Part shown: piece after piece, positions 12,975 to 26,223 of the stretch
Layout: each line of letters starts with the position of its first letter
How positions within the stretch are numbered: position 1 is the stretch's first letter
DNA from: Parasitella parasitica NRRL 2501
Taxonomy: Eukaryota; Fungi; Mucoromycota
Assembly: GCA_025201805.1 (NCBI GenBank)
Contig: MU619245.1
Coordinates: forward strand, 319,160-383,159
DNA: 64,000 bases
Direction of reading: 5' to 3'
Made by a program: the position numbers and the translations under genes
Notes under the pieces: model-generated
What the model was told of the DNA's origin: nothing
Databases searched by the model: none
Seen by the model: only the letters and a program-made list of their open reading frames with translations

Positions 12975-14076
12975 TGAAGGGTATTTGTAGTTTACAAAAA
13001 GGTTATTTATATAGGCAAAGAGTTTAGCTAGGCTTATCTTTTTTAAGTGTGGGGAAGAGGGTATAGAAACAATAATAAAAAAACAAGAGATGGTACGAAA
13101 ATTACAATAATCTTTTCAACATAAAGTACAATAAATTAATAAAAGAGGAATGCAATTTATTAAATACGATTCTCTTTACAATGAATTTGACGAGGGAAGA
13201 GAAGGAAAAGAAGAAAGCTATAAAAGAAAATTAGTAACGGTTTTTTTTTCTTCTGATGGGCCAAAACTGGCCTTCAATCAAAAAAGATTGGTTGTAGCAT
13301 TATGTTTATAATTGGTTGTATTCTTCAAGAGGCTTAATTAAAGCTCTTTCTCTTGCATTGACAAATGGAACAATGATTAGCCTCTTTTCTACTTTGATGG
13401 GTTTCTAAAAATATTCATACTTGAATGCTGCTTGTAACGTTGCAATATAGAAGACGAAATGAATGTGATGATGGAGAGATGCTATATCTTTGACACCCGA
13501 AGTCCGGATTCAAGTGGCATCTATTTATGACGAGGCTATCAATCTGGATTTTATGCAATTTATAATGGAACGAAACCGCTATCGTTTCGACATTTTTATA
13601 AGAAATCAAACATGTAATTGCAAATGTCTTGTTTTGCCCAAACCTAACCTAGACACCAATTGCTATTCAATTAAATGCCAACTCTGTGGTTCGCTACTCA
13701 AATATAAACATTCACTTGTTACTTTTGGGTGATAAAATTACCAGCCCTTCTTTCAGATACGTCCATAGTTTATTCAAAGCATTGATGCTCCTATAAACAG
13801 CCATCACACTAACGATAAGATGTAAGGTGATATATCGAAGTTTCAAGACTGAAAACTTATACTGTAATTGTAAATAGTAATGTATAAAAAATAGCTATAA
13901 TTTTATATGATAAAGTGAATTTTTGGTATCTATATAATAATGATATATATGTATAAAGGTGATTGTAATAAAAGCTTTCTAAGTTTTCTAAGTTTTCTGT
14001 TTTTGTTTTTTTGGGTAGTTTTTTGTTAGGTATACATAAGACATATTTGAAGTTGGTATATAATGTTTGTTTGCAT

Positions 14077-15736
14077 TCAGAATTCCCATTTGTTTAAATT
14101 TTCGTCCATGAAAAGCTCGACCATACTTTTGACTCTCGCGCCAACAGGGCCCCTGGGCTTCATTTCTTTGATACGCAAAGTAAGCTCTTGCTGAGACATT
14201 TTGGAAAAAGAAGGTCTTTTGGGTTTAAGATCTTGTGTTCCAGCTGTAGCAGAGGAAGGTGCAGATGTTTGGATGATTGTTTCAAAACGAAGTCTTAGTT
14301 GATCTACTTCGGGAGTTTCAGGTCTAGGTAATGAGGCAAATGAATTAGGGGAAAAGGAGGATCTGCCACTATTGCACAGCAAGGGTAACGATGTGGGTGT
14401 GGTTGTTGTTGTGTGTGATGCTGCAAGGACGGTATCCTTTTTACTAGTTGCTGCTGCAACTTCTGCATCATGTTCATCTGTAGCTGCACTAGAACAAGTG
14501 GATGGGTAGGATATGATTTGTTGTTCCTGGATCAGGTTATCACATGTAGCTTCCTGAGCTACGATAACATTTTCTGTTGGTATTATTGCTGCTCCTATAT
14601 CAAGAGATGAAGACAAGACTTCCTGCTCCTTGTCTTGAATATCTGCTTCGATTTTATCTTGCTTGGCAGTATCGGTCTTTTGAGAAGCAACTACAACAGG
14701 TCGTTTTTCTGTTAACCGACTTGGCTTTCTGGTCCGCCCAGTCAATACAGAAACAGGTGGCGTATTTTTAATTACACCTCCTTTGGATGTTGTGCTTAAC
14801 AACTTTTTAGAGGATGTTGCTGTAATTGATACTAGACTACCTCTTCTTTCGCTTGTTGATTTCATGCTATTATTCATTCTTTTAGTTGGTGTTACAGTAG
14901 AATTCTTTACTTTAGCTGCAGTTGTCGTTGTTGCTGCTGATGTAGGACGAGCCTACATGTATAAATTAAATGAGATTTAGGAGTTGATTAGTAACCTCGT
15001 TTTTTTTTTTTTTTTTCAAGTATGCCAACTTACAGCTTTTGCGCTTGAATTTGGGATCTTGCTGGTAGTGATGGTAGTAGGCTTCCTTGCTGTGGGAGTG
15101 GTAGAAACAGGGCGTGCTGTAGTTGATCTTTGTTGTTGTACTGTACCAGTACGCAAAGGCTTTCGTTCTGAAACGTTTACTGATTTGGCCTTTTGTTGTT
15201 GTTTCTTTACTTTGATGGGAATACTTGAGCTACTGCCGTTGCTAGTAGCGCTGCTAACGCTGCTTACGGTTGTAGCAGACGCATTTTTTTTAACAGATAA
15301 ATCCTTCAAAACCAAGTTTTTGAACCAGTCTACTTGATGTTGAGCAGTTTCCGATGTGCTTGCATATATGAATGTACTACGCCTAGAAATGCTTTTAAGT
15401 TTGTATCCCATGTACATAATCAGAAAATTAAATCTTACCTTTTTGAAAGAGATGCAGTGCTTGTGATTTGGAACCAATCTTTAATTGCATTTGAGCCTTC
15501 TAAAATAAATCCATAGACGGGCAGTCTAATATTTTGTATTAGTATATAGATGCCATCATGACAATATTACTCATAATTTACGTTCTGCTGATGGTCTTGT
15601 TTAGGGTTTTAAGTGATGTATCTGCAGTCAAGTCAAATTGCTTTTCGTACACCAGTCTCATCTTGGATGCTGCAATTTTGTTCAAGATATCATCCTTGAT
15701 GGCCAAAGAAATGATACCCAACGTTTGCTGTGTCAT
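14077..15736 (-). CDS. Degenerate NDK (nucleoside diphosphate kinase)-like domain fused to a long S/T/K/R-rich tail
   Basis: Spliced N-terminus MTQQTLGII...DDILNKIAASKMRLVYEKQFDLT...PVYGFILEGSNAIKDW...FIYASTSETAQHQVDWF follows NDK motif order; ORFs 15016-15477 and 14077-14877 supply the tail ending VGARVKSMVELFMDENLNKWEF. Confidence 0.7.
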
Positions 15737-17249
15737 ACTTACGGGCTAAATCAGAGTGTTAAAAAAAGGAGAGAAAAACAAGAAGAAAGAATTCTTTAGT
15801 GTTTGGTATGCATTTCGAGATATTTATATTATCAAACACATGTTGCAATAATGAAACTTACATTCTTATAATCAAATATATTTATGTTGTCACAAAGAAA
15901 AAATGAGAAGGATAAGAGAAAAAGAGGAGAATAATCAAGGAGGATTGGGGCTACTAGTTTTATTTGCGTATCACATCATTTATTAATTGTGATGGAACAG
16001 GTGAATTCTACTGTCAATAAAGGTAATTCAGGTGTTCGCTGGAGTTTGAATTGCACTGCACACTTTAATGCATCCCTCCCACATGGAACGGGTAATAAAT
16101 GTGCACAGATCTCAGCTACATGTCATTTGCAATAGTGTTTCATAGGCTATCTAAAGGGGATAAGATGTACCTATTTGGAAAAACCAGATATATATTGGCC
16201 AACAAATATATATGTACATAATGCGAAAGGAACTGGTAAATCTCGACAGATTTGTAAGAACATGTATGTAGTGTTGAGGCTATAAATGACCACGTCATAT
16301 ACATATATGCTCTTCCTCGAGACAAAAGTCATTAGTAGCATTTGCCTTTACCGGTATATTTATAGATTGTATGTTTATACAAATAAATGCCGTTGTTACT
16401 TGAACACTGACTTGTGATACAAAGAAATATTGACAAGCTTGATTTAGAAGTAAAACGTGGATTACTATGTTTACATTTTGTTTTCTAAATGTTCACGAAT
16501 AAAACCATGCCGATGTGGCTTTCATCGGCAAGACAAGAAAATATTCAACTACTGTTGTTTATATAGTGGCCTGGATATACTCCTTCAATGTAATAAATGA
16601 AAGCGTACACTAGCTTTTGGATGGTTCCAATAATGACATTTCTTCACTCACGAGCCACCTTTTACGTAGTCCTATAAGCTAACCATTGTATCCCCACCTG
16701 GCTAAAGTGAATATGATTATCACTAGCAATGCACTGTTAGATTTGGGCAAGATTAGCTTTCATTAGTCGAGTGTCTTGTATTAAAAGCTTTATGATGTTG
16801 ATAATTTTGTTTTCAATAAAATCAAGTCAGTCATTTATGAATCATCAAAGACTTCCAAAGAGGATGAGTAAACTACCTTATGAGTTCTTGGCATAGCTCA
16901 TCATATTTTTATGTTGCCCAACATAATAGTAAATTCTTAAGCAACGCAATGTTTTTGTTTTTGTACAATTGAGCAAGAAGGCAATAAAACTTAATTTTGT
17001 ACTCGTCCTTCAGTCATACAAGCAAATATGTAAAATAATAATAGAATCAGAATCCAAACTTGTTACATATTTCAGTCTACAGATGAAACTTGATTTATCC
17101 ATCATAGTTTCTCATTCGGATGTTGAAACAACGAGGTAAATAATACATAAACCTTTTGGATCCAGAAAGACCCCTTCATATTCCTCTTTTCTTTTTTTTT
17201 CGAATTCGTCATAGTTAACATAGCAACTAAAAAAAAAATTTTTTTTGAC

Positions 17250-18498
17250 ATGTCCATAGTAAACTCGACCTTTACATTTTTGCAGCAAAAAGGGAACGAT
17301 TTGCCTGATTTATCTTGGTCCAATGTTGCTGTTGCATCTTTGTTCGTACTTATCAATGGTAAATACAAGGAATAATTACATCGCTATTGATTTTATTCGA
17401 TTGCTAACTGCTTTTTTAGGCATAATATCTCTGTCTTTGGGATTAAAGCTAGAAAAATCACTATTAACAAGCTCAATACGTTGTATTGTTCAATTGACTA
17501 TCATGGTTGGTATTTGTTGGTACACAATAAAGGAGAGAAAATCATTTAACAACAAACAAACCCTAGGGAAAAATTTTAGAAAGCATATTCAAGGCAAAGA
17601 ATCCGATGTTGGTCATGCTAATGACATGTAAATATTTGACATTCAATGATATCACTATGCAATAATACTAAAACAAAACTCGTTAGTTGCATTGATTTTC
17701 CTAAGCTCATGCGAAACAGTTTATAATAAATCAGATTGGTCCTTTAGCAAAATGGTAAGCCCTAAAAATGATAGATTAAGTTATACAGCAGTTAATAGAT
17801 TTTCCTAGTTCCCATCCGTAATTTTATCAACAGCCTTTTCTACCATTTTCATTGGCATTTTGGGAACTCGATATGCCATGAATCAACAACAATTTTGGCT
17901 ACCCGAATTATTCATCCCCACAATTGGTTTATTGTTGGGCATCACAGCAGGAGCGATGGCAGTAGGCTTATCGACTTGTTTAACCAAAGTTGGTCAACAA
18001 GCCGATCAGATCGAGACTTATTTGAGCTTTGGAGCAAGCCGATGGGAAGCTGGTAGAGCAGTTGCTATTGAAGCAATTAGATTGGCCATGTTACCAAGCA
18101 TCAACTCCATGTCTGTGATTGGTCTTATTACTATTCCTGGTGCGATGACAGGGCAAATCTTGGGTGGTGCTCCAATTATGAATGCGGTGAGATATCAACA
18201 AATTATTACGTTCATGGTTTCTGCTACTACTAGCTTAGGTGTGCTATCTGTTGTTTTTGTAAGTTTTCAATGCCGTTCATTGCTGATTTTTCTCTAACTT
18301 TTCAAATCGCAGTTTTGCATCCATCATCTAATCGACACAAAGCATCGTCTGAGAGCAGAAAGAGTGCACAAGTACAAGGCCAATGTGTTCAGAGACATCA
18401 AGTTCCTTTTTGTGAGTGCCTGGAGAAAATTGTTCTGTAGAAAAGATCAAAAAAATAGATTAGAACCAAATGAAAACACACCTTTATTTAACCACTGA
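17250..18498 (+). CDS. UPF0014 family membrane protein (FetB/YbbM/STAR2-like permease)
   Basis: LGLKLEKSLLTSSIRCIVQLTIM; IETYLSFGASRWEA...AIRLAMLPSINSMSVIGLITIPGAMTGQILGGAPIMNAVRYQ; C-terminal ENTPL motif. Confidence 0.9.
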
Positions 18499-20135
18499 AT
18501 CAGCTGTCAATTACTATAAAAAGCACAGGCTCGAAATAGATATACAACCGCTTCTTTAACACATTCCCCTTTTTTCATTTATTTTCTTGCCTCTTTTTCT
18601 TGTACAAACATTTTTATTTTATTTTTCTTGTTAGTGTGTGATGTATTTTATATAAAAGAAAAACCAACATTTCATCTTCCTTATCCTCCTCATTCATTCA
18701 TCAGAAAAAATTATAAAAAAAATCATATAACTCAAAAATAAAAAAAGTAAGTGATTAAATACCCAATTTTTTTATCATATCATAGCATAACAACAGCACT
18801 GCAGAAATATAAGATATGCCAATTTATAAACCACCTTCTTTAATACGACAAAATGCTTTTATATTAGAAGACGACCAAACCGAAACACCCTTGGATTCGG
18901 TAAGGACAAATACAGTATGAATTTTTCCGTTTTTATGAACATAAAGCAGGTGTGCCGTATTTGTTATGAAATAGGCGCAGATGATAACCCATTGTTTCAA
19001 CCATGTCAATGTCACTCGGCAACATATCCTACCTTGTAAGCTACTTGTCAGCATTTATCATGTATGTGGACAAGAAAAAAGCTAATTTCTACAAGATACA
19101 GATATGCACATTCAAAGTGCTTCAGTCGTTGGCTCAGCGAGCACGGATATCCGCAACAATGTACGAAATGCAAATCAGTTTATGCAAAAGCACCCAGTAC
19201 AGTCATTCTGAGTAAATGTCCAGCCCAGATGGCATTTCATTAACATTACTCACACACTCTGCTAGAAAATCGTCGTAAATATGTAATATCGCTCATCATG
19301 TCATTCATTGTATTATACTCCATTTATCACCTTATTTCTTCTTGCTCCACCTTTGAAGAAATACCAGATACAAAATTATACGCTGATTTTGGTGCAGATA
19401 CCTATAATAATGTGCCCGAGATCTTGTATGCTCCTGTAAAGTGGTAATCAATACTTGCATCATATATTCGCTTTAACAATTTGTTCTATCCAATATAGCG
19501 CATAAGCAAATCCTGTATAAAATCAAGTATTCAAATACATTGCGTCTCTATTACAATGATTTCTATTTTGCTATTTCTTTTCTGTTAGTAATTTGTTTTT
19601 CCTAATACAAAAATACCCTTAAATTGCACGATCATTAACTAGCATTTACATAGCCATCATTTTATTTCTTCACTAGCATTTCTTTTAATAAATCTCCAAT
19701 GTCAATATACGCTTCAAGGACCCGAACACCCATGATTGTTTCGCAAGGATTATAGTGATACAAACAATTTGATTTCACAGCATGCCCTCTATTTTCTCGG
19801 ATGCATACAAGCTCATGATTCCCTTTGTGTAAGTTATCAAGGGCATTCTATACCTTAATCTGCAACAGGAATATTTGTCAAAGCACAAATAAGTCAAATA
19901 CACTATTATATGTGCGCATCTGTAATCATTATTTGGTTGTCGTACGATCTGTGATTGTAATGTTACTCATCACAAATCATTGATTGACCGAAATCCAATG
20001 ACGATACAACGTTTGTCCGGGTAAGACTCGATCTTTAAATGTATTTCACCATCTTCGCTTCTTTTTCCTTTTTGTTTAGCTTTTTGTACTTCTTTTTCTT
20101 TTATCTTTTTTTTTTCATACAAGAACATATACACA

Positions 20136-21056
20136 ATGCCATATCCTCCTTATGAGTCATATTTATCCAATCTTGACTCACTTGTTTTCGATTCACCGAG
20201 CAATGTTGCTCAATCAGAAGAAGATGTTGCCGATGAGTTAGATTTATGGGTAAGCAAAAAAAACAAAAAAAAATTGATACCCTGTATTAATAATCAACCT
20301 TGATTTTAGAGTAACGCACAATTTACATTTGATGTCAAGCCTGGTGTTGGCATTTTTGATGAAGAAAAGAACAAGTCTACCCCCAAGAATACTGCAAGTA
20401 GCCCTACTAACACGTCTGATGCTCAATTTGAATCTGTTTCTGGCCTAGACCCTGTTACCTATGATGCTCTTGTAAACTATCTTGATTACGAATTACCTAG
20501 ACAACAACAACAACAAGACTCTCTCGCTACTCCCAAAACGGCCAAGAGTCCCTCTGTTACTACTGCAACTGCAACTGTTGCCGTCAAGAAGCAACGTATT
20601 CAACCGCGTCCATTGGCTCCTGCTCTACCTGTTTTGGCTCCTCATGTTGCACCTATTGCTCGCCAAGTATTAATGCCTAAACCCCCTATTACTAACGTCA
20701 ATGCCAACCTCTTGTCATCTTTATTGGCTACTGCAACTTCATCATCTACCGTCCCTGCTGCTGCTGATGCTGTTATTCCATCTACTAAGAAAACGACTCC
20801 TGCCAAGAGAACAATAACAGAAGTCGAGCAAAACTCTGATGAACCTACGCTTCCTGATGAAGATAAGCGCCGTCGTAATACAGCTGCAAGTGCTCGTTTC
20901 CGTGTAAAGAAGAAGATTCGTGAACAAGCCATGGAACAATCTGTGCGCGAAATGACTGAAAAATCCGACAAGCTTCAAGATCGTGTACATAATCTTGAAA
21001 CAGAGATTAAATACCTTCGTAGCTTATTACTTGAGAAAGCGGCTTACGGTCAATAA
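20136..21056 (+). CDS. bZIP transcription factor, MetR/Cys-3/Zip1 sulfur-regulator type
   Basis: N-terminal DELDLW/SNAQFTFD across one intron; basic region EDKRRRNTAASARFRVKKK followed by a leucine zipper. Confidence 0.85.
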
Positions 21057-21097
21057 GTATCCAAACAAACCAAACAAACAAGCAAACCAAACCAAAA

Positions 21098-21364
21098 ATT
21101 CAACATTTTATAAATATTCAACATAACACACTTTTATATATTCAACATACAACCCCCCCCCCCCTTATCTCTACATATTCAACATAACCACTCTTTCCTT
21201 CGCCAAATTCAACATTATATCATTTCTTCTTTTTTTTTTTNNNNNNNNNNGTATCATATTTCAACATTAACTTTGTACTTGTAATTCAACATTGCCATAT
21301 ATTTTCTCAACAAAAGCTTTCCACTATTACTCTTTATAATAAATAAATCCCCCTAATTCAACAT
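21098..21364 (+). promoter_or_regulatory. Array of 8 TTCAACAT motifs in the bZIP 3' UTR (putative cis-element)
   Basis: ATTCAACAT at 21098, 21116, 21140, 21177, 21207, 21284, 21356; TTTCAACAT at 21259; spacers unrelated. The function is inferred. Confidence 0.6.
21241..21250. other. Assembly gap (N x10)
   Basis: Ten n characters following a poly(T). Confidence 1.
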
Positions 21365-22116
21365 TATTAAGACTGATAGGCGTTTTTAACTTTGTTTTTA
21401 CTTTGAATTTAAGATTTTGAAGGAATGAAAGCAAGCAACTATGGTAAAAATCACTAAGCAGGCGTTTTATTTGAAAAACATTTTGCTTAAAACTATCTGG
21501 ATGTCAGCTTTGCCAAGTTTTAGAAACACTATCTATAATTCTTATCCTTAACATATACGATATCGAATTATTGCTTAGATTCTGGACGACAAGGCTAACA
21601 TCTGACGAACCTTGTGGCTCTACTCCAATGCAAGATATCAAGTAGATTCAATCACATTCAGTCTTTCATTGAACTACTGCTTTCAGCAAAAATTTGATCT
21701 GTAGGTGCGTTCGGTTGTGTAAACGACAGACAACTTATCAATCTCATTCCAGTTCATGTTAATATGTGGCTAGACGCTCTTGATTCTTTCTTTTACGCAA
21801 GCTTGTGTAATGAAGCCCACGTTCAGTTGAGAGTTGTTTGCTGATAAATTACAGAAAATAAAAAGTAATAAAGATAGTAATTTAACCATGATAGACTTTT
21901 ATGAGCAAACTTTCGTTTGAAACTTACTACCTTTCAAAAATCATAGCTTGTTGTTGGTTGTTCGAAGATCAGTTAGCAGACAATTGCAAAAGGGATATGA
22001 ATATATTAATAGACACTTTTGCTTCTTTGAGACTTCAAATATGATATATAAGAATATAAATTATGCTATCTTTGCGTATTTTTCCAACATTTTATTTCTT
22101 AATAAAAGTTTTCATA

Positions 22117-22490
22117 ATAGAAACAATACCTTTACGCAAAATGGAATGGAAGAATATAGAAGAAATGCAGACGAGACCAGCAAAGAAGTTTGTTGGTGGG
22201 ATAAATGGATTTGATTCAGGTACTTTGTGAAGGATAACGTAGTTTTTGCACCCAAAATCGCTGCTTTTTGTTGATTACTCTGGATAGAGATATCACCCTT
22301 TCACCAAATTGTATGGAGGGATAGAGGCAACGTAGACGTGTACAGCAAAGAAGTTTAGTGGGATATGAATTTCATTCAGGTATGTTTGGAGGATAACGTG
22401 ATAATTTGCGCCCAAAATCATTGCTTTTTGCTGATATTACTATGGATAGACACGCCATTCTTATTCGAAACGGTATGGAAGAACAAAGGG
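22117..22490. repeat. Degenerate ~165-bp tandem duplication (~2.3 copies)
   Basis: cagcaaagaagttt..gtgggata..attcaggta..ggataacgt..cccaaaatc..tgctttttg..attact..ggataga..gtatgga starts at 22178 and again at 22343. Confidence 0.8.
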
Positions 22491-23030
22491 TCACTGTTCT
22501 CGTTATTATAAATATCTTTTGTATAAAAAGTATCATCCAGCATAAAAGTTTAAATGTTCCACTGAAAAGCTGTTCATTTAAAGAGATTTACAGCTCGTTT
22601 AATCACGTGATGAACTGTTAAAAAGGCACACTTTAAGACGTGAATTATAGTGAAGGAGGGTAAAATCAATGCAATAATACACTTACTTTAGGTGATTACC
22701 TAGAAGCATAAATGTGAACTCATCAGGGACATGCAAAGCAGTGTCTCACGATCCTCTATATGGATGATTTTACGAATTTTTCAGGTTTTTTATTATTATT
22801 ATTATCATCTGTCAAGTTTTAGCATTTTACTTCGAGAAAGTTACATTCAGGCGTTGAATAAAGAAAACACTTGTAATTTCTGCCTTACATGTTTTTGAAG
22901 TTTGTCCCACGTTACGCTATGAAAACAACATATTCTTATCAAATCAAATTTAATTGCATGCCAATATGATGTATTTCCAAAAGCTAAATGTATAACTTGT
23001 TTTTGTTAAATCTCATAATAATGGCTTAAT

Positions 23031-24746
23031 TTATAAAGTTTCCATTGGAGTATCTTTCAGACCCTACAGCAGCGATAAAAATTAGTATGACAACTCTCAA
23101 CAATTAATTACTTCGTTCGACATACATAATTCACATAATCAGGAGTTTCACAAGCTTCGTATTCCTCAATAAGCTCTTGAACGACCCGACGAGAATCATC
23201 AAACTCTTCTAAATCATCGGCAAACGCAGCATGCTTCCTATACTGCTCCAGGAATGCGTTTCTCTTCCTTAGTTTGTCATATTGATCACAAGTGCGTCTA
23301 AACAATGAAGCGATGCTTGTATGATTTGCCAACATCAATCCACTCACACGGTGAGGTGTCTGGACATAGGGCGACTTTTTGGAAAGTGCGACTTGAATGC
23401 TAGCTGGTCCCCAAGGTATAAATGATGCTAATCTTCTCTCGCGAATACGCAACAAGGATTTATGTACATCAGTTGGATCTGCTTCTCCTTGAATAATGTC
23501 TAATACCGAAATGTAACAACTACGCTTTGAAGGCATCGTGCTGACCATTCGGTTTTTGGGCTGTAATAATCGTCTCATCACATCTAATACAGTTGTTTTG
23601 CGAATCGATTTAGCCTATGTGAAAAGATGAATAAACCCATGTGCCTTGCTATATCAATGAATAGTACGTGCCTTTTCGACCTGCTCACTTGAGAATGGTG
23701 TATAAGCAGTTGTCAAGAAATGGCATCTTGGTGTAGGGATTAAGGAAGCAACGATACTGACAAGATCGTTATTCATATAGCCTGGGTATCTCAGTGTTGA
23801 TGTACTAGCTGACATGACCGTAGACACCAACTGATTTGTTTGTTCGAATGTAGGTTGCTGGATATGCAAACGGTCTATAGCAATGCGTGATAATGCTGCA
23901 TTATCAAGAACAACAACACTATCGGCATTGTTTGTGAGTCTTTTTAAGGCGAGCATGCTGTTGTAAGGTTGAACCACTGTGTCAGATACTTCAATCGAGT
24001 CAGGGAAAACTGAATATGTTTGAATCAGCTTCTTTGGATAGCGATCATTGAGCCTCTCTAATAAGAAGGAACCTAAACCAGACCCAGTGCCACCAGCAAT
24101 GGAATGTAGTAGCATGAAGCCCTGTTCCATGCTTAGTCTTTATTTATTAGAATGTTCCGTGCTCCAGCTTACCTCTAAAGAATCACTATTATCAGCCTCT
24201 CTATCTACCATATCCATAATATCTTCAGACATCTTTTCAGCTTGTGTGTATCCATTAGGCCAAATGTTTCCTGCTCCCCCTCCATCCTTTGATGTGAATA
24301 TGTTCTCTGGGTTATACAAGTTAGCAAATGCAGATGCTTTGATGTTATCAATAACCTATGTTAAGGATGTTTGATGAGACTACTGCTAGCGAATAGAATG
24401 CAATATGTGGCACATACTCTTGGTTCAAGATCTAGAAGTAATGCACGAGGGATATAATGCTCATCATCTGCCTAATTCGATCAATCATTAGTTAGTTTAC
24501 ATTAAACGGAGGACGTCATAATAGATACCTGATAAAAAAATACATCTTTTCTGTCGCCACCTTCTGTAGCAAATTCTTCTAAAGTACCATCATTGCTGAT
24601 GCCATGCTCTGAACAAATCTGTCTCCAAAACTCACTTCCGACTATCAAGCGCAGGATCAGTAAAATGACATGGTTCTGTAATCAGGGTATCTCTTACTCT
24701 GATTTCCACATTGTCCAGCTTGCAAGGTAATTATTTCGCGTGGCAT
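23031..24746 (-). CDS. TUB4: Gamma-tubulin
   Basis: [57 protein letters not shown]; last exon [10 protein letters not shown]. Confidence 0.97.
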
Positions 24747-24978
24747 ATTCAAATAAACGATAACGGGTTTAAAAAGCAGAAATGTTTAATTTTTTTAATA
24801 GGAAACCTTGATGTTGTATGTGACGCGCCAGACTATGTGGTATACTGACACAATGACACAATGACGGTACAGCATTCGGTCATAAGAGCTTCTTTTATTA
24901 TTTAGTTTTGATATATTACAGAAGGATGAATGCCTTAATTCCTTAAAGCATATTAGAAATCTAGAAAAATTTACAGTC

Positions 24979-26027
24979 TTAATTATTGCTCTTTTCAGTC
25001 AAATTGTTTTGATAATCATGTAAACGAAGCAAGTTGCGTTCTAACATAGCAACGGTAACCTTGCCAACAGAAGGAACAAAGATAGAAGCCTTGGTCTTGA
25101 TATCATCCTCGAAATTAGCGCATGACGAAAAGTTAATGGCAATAACACCATCTTTCAATAAAGAAGTAGGCATCTTGTATTTAGGTGTAGGGACACCAGT
25201 GATTACAACATCACATAAAGGTATAACTTTTTCAAATGGTACATCGATATCTTCCACTTTATGGTGAGCTAATTTGATGCCGGTACCACGAGTAAAGACT
25301 TGGATGCCATTGACGTCAACAGAATACACCGTGGCACCATCATTAGCAAGCATAGCGGCTAAAGGACGACCAACAATCTCACTGCGATTGATGACAGCAA
25401 TGGAACGGCCATATAAACGATCACCATAGGTTATGACGGGATTATAAACACCGATAAACTCAAGGATCTACAATTTGACAAAGGTCAACTGCAAGATCAA
25501 TCACATACACAACCAAAAACCAACCTTAACACATGCCAGGGGAGTACAAGGGATGATGCACTTCATAGTTTCAGTATCATCCATGAAACGAATATTATGA
25601 TAGACATTGTGCACAAACTTGTGGCAGAGACCTTCGACATCCTTGAGTTCACTAACGCAGCTTTGGAGATACAAATCTTGCTTTCCACCGAAAACGGGAT
25701 AGTAGACCATGATACCATTAACAGACTTGTCTTCGTTAGCTTCGGTAATCTTTCCTTCCAGCTCCAGCTTGGCAATCTTACGCAGTTCAAAATCAACGCC
25801 AGTTTCAGCACATGTCTTTGCAGTCCAGTCAGCATATTTTATAGCAGCAGGATCATCATTAGCGAGGAAGCCAACCAATTTAGGTCTAATGTTGCGTTCC
25901 TTGATGTCTTCCTTGATTTGCGTTCTGCCATTGGAAAATCAGCCGTGATATTCGGGTGTGCTCTACTCCAATAAACTTACCTAAAAGAAGCAGAAACCTT
26001 TGAAGCGAGGATAGTCTTACAAGGCAT
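24979..26027 (-). CDS. MTD1: NAD-dependent methylenetetrahydrofolate dehydrogenase
   Basis: MPCKTILASKV..., LVGFLANDDPAA.KYA.WT, NGIMVYYPVF, KDVEGL, PCTPLA, NRSEIVGRPLAAMLANDGA, GKVTVAMLERNLLRL. Confidence 0.93.
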
Positions 26028-26223
26028 GTTGGAGATATTGTTTGGAAGAAAGGTATGTCTACAGTAAAAAAATTCGGAGATGCTCTTAAATCTGGGGATT
26101 TTTAGCCATGAAAAGCAGTCTAATTATGCCCATCAAAGATATGAGTCTTTTCCTTTATTGACATGAACATGAGCAAGGAGCCCAAGATCTCCGCTAGCAA
26201 AACAAATACTGATATAATAATCT

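Noticed and set aside
14432-14440. U12-type donor-like GTATCCTTT
   Set aside because: Lies antisense within a coding exon; I recognised no minor-spliceosome introns among those I traced.
16508-16530. 8-bp hairpin TGCCGATG/CATCGGCA
   Set aside because: Isolated and short, expected by chance in 64 kb.
21098-21364. CRISPR-like repeat/spacer array
   Set aside because: The repeat is only 8-9 nt, spacers are irregular and low-complexity, the context is eukaryotic, and there are no cas genes.
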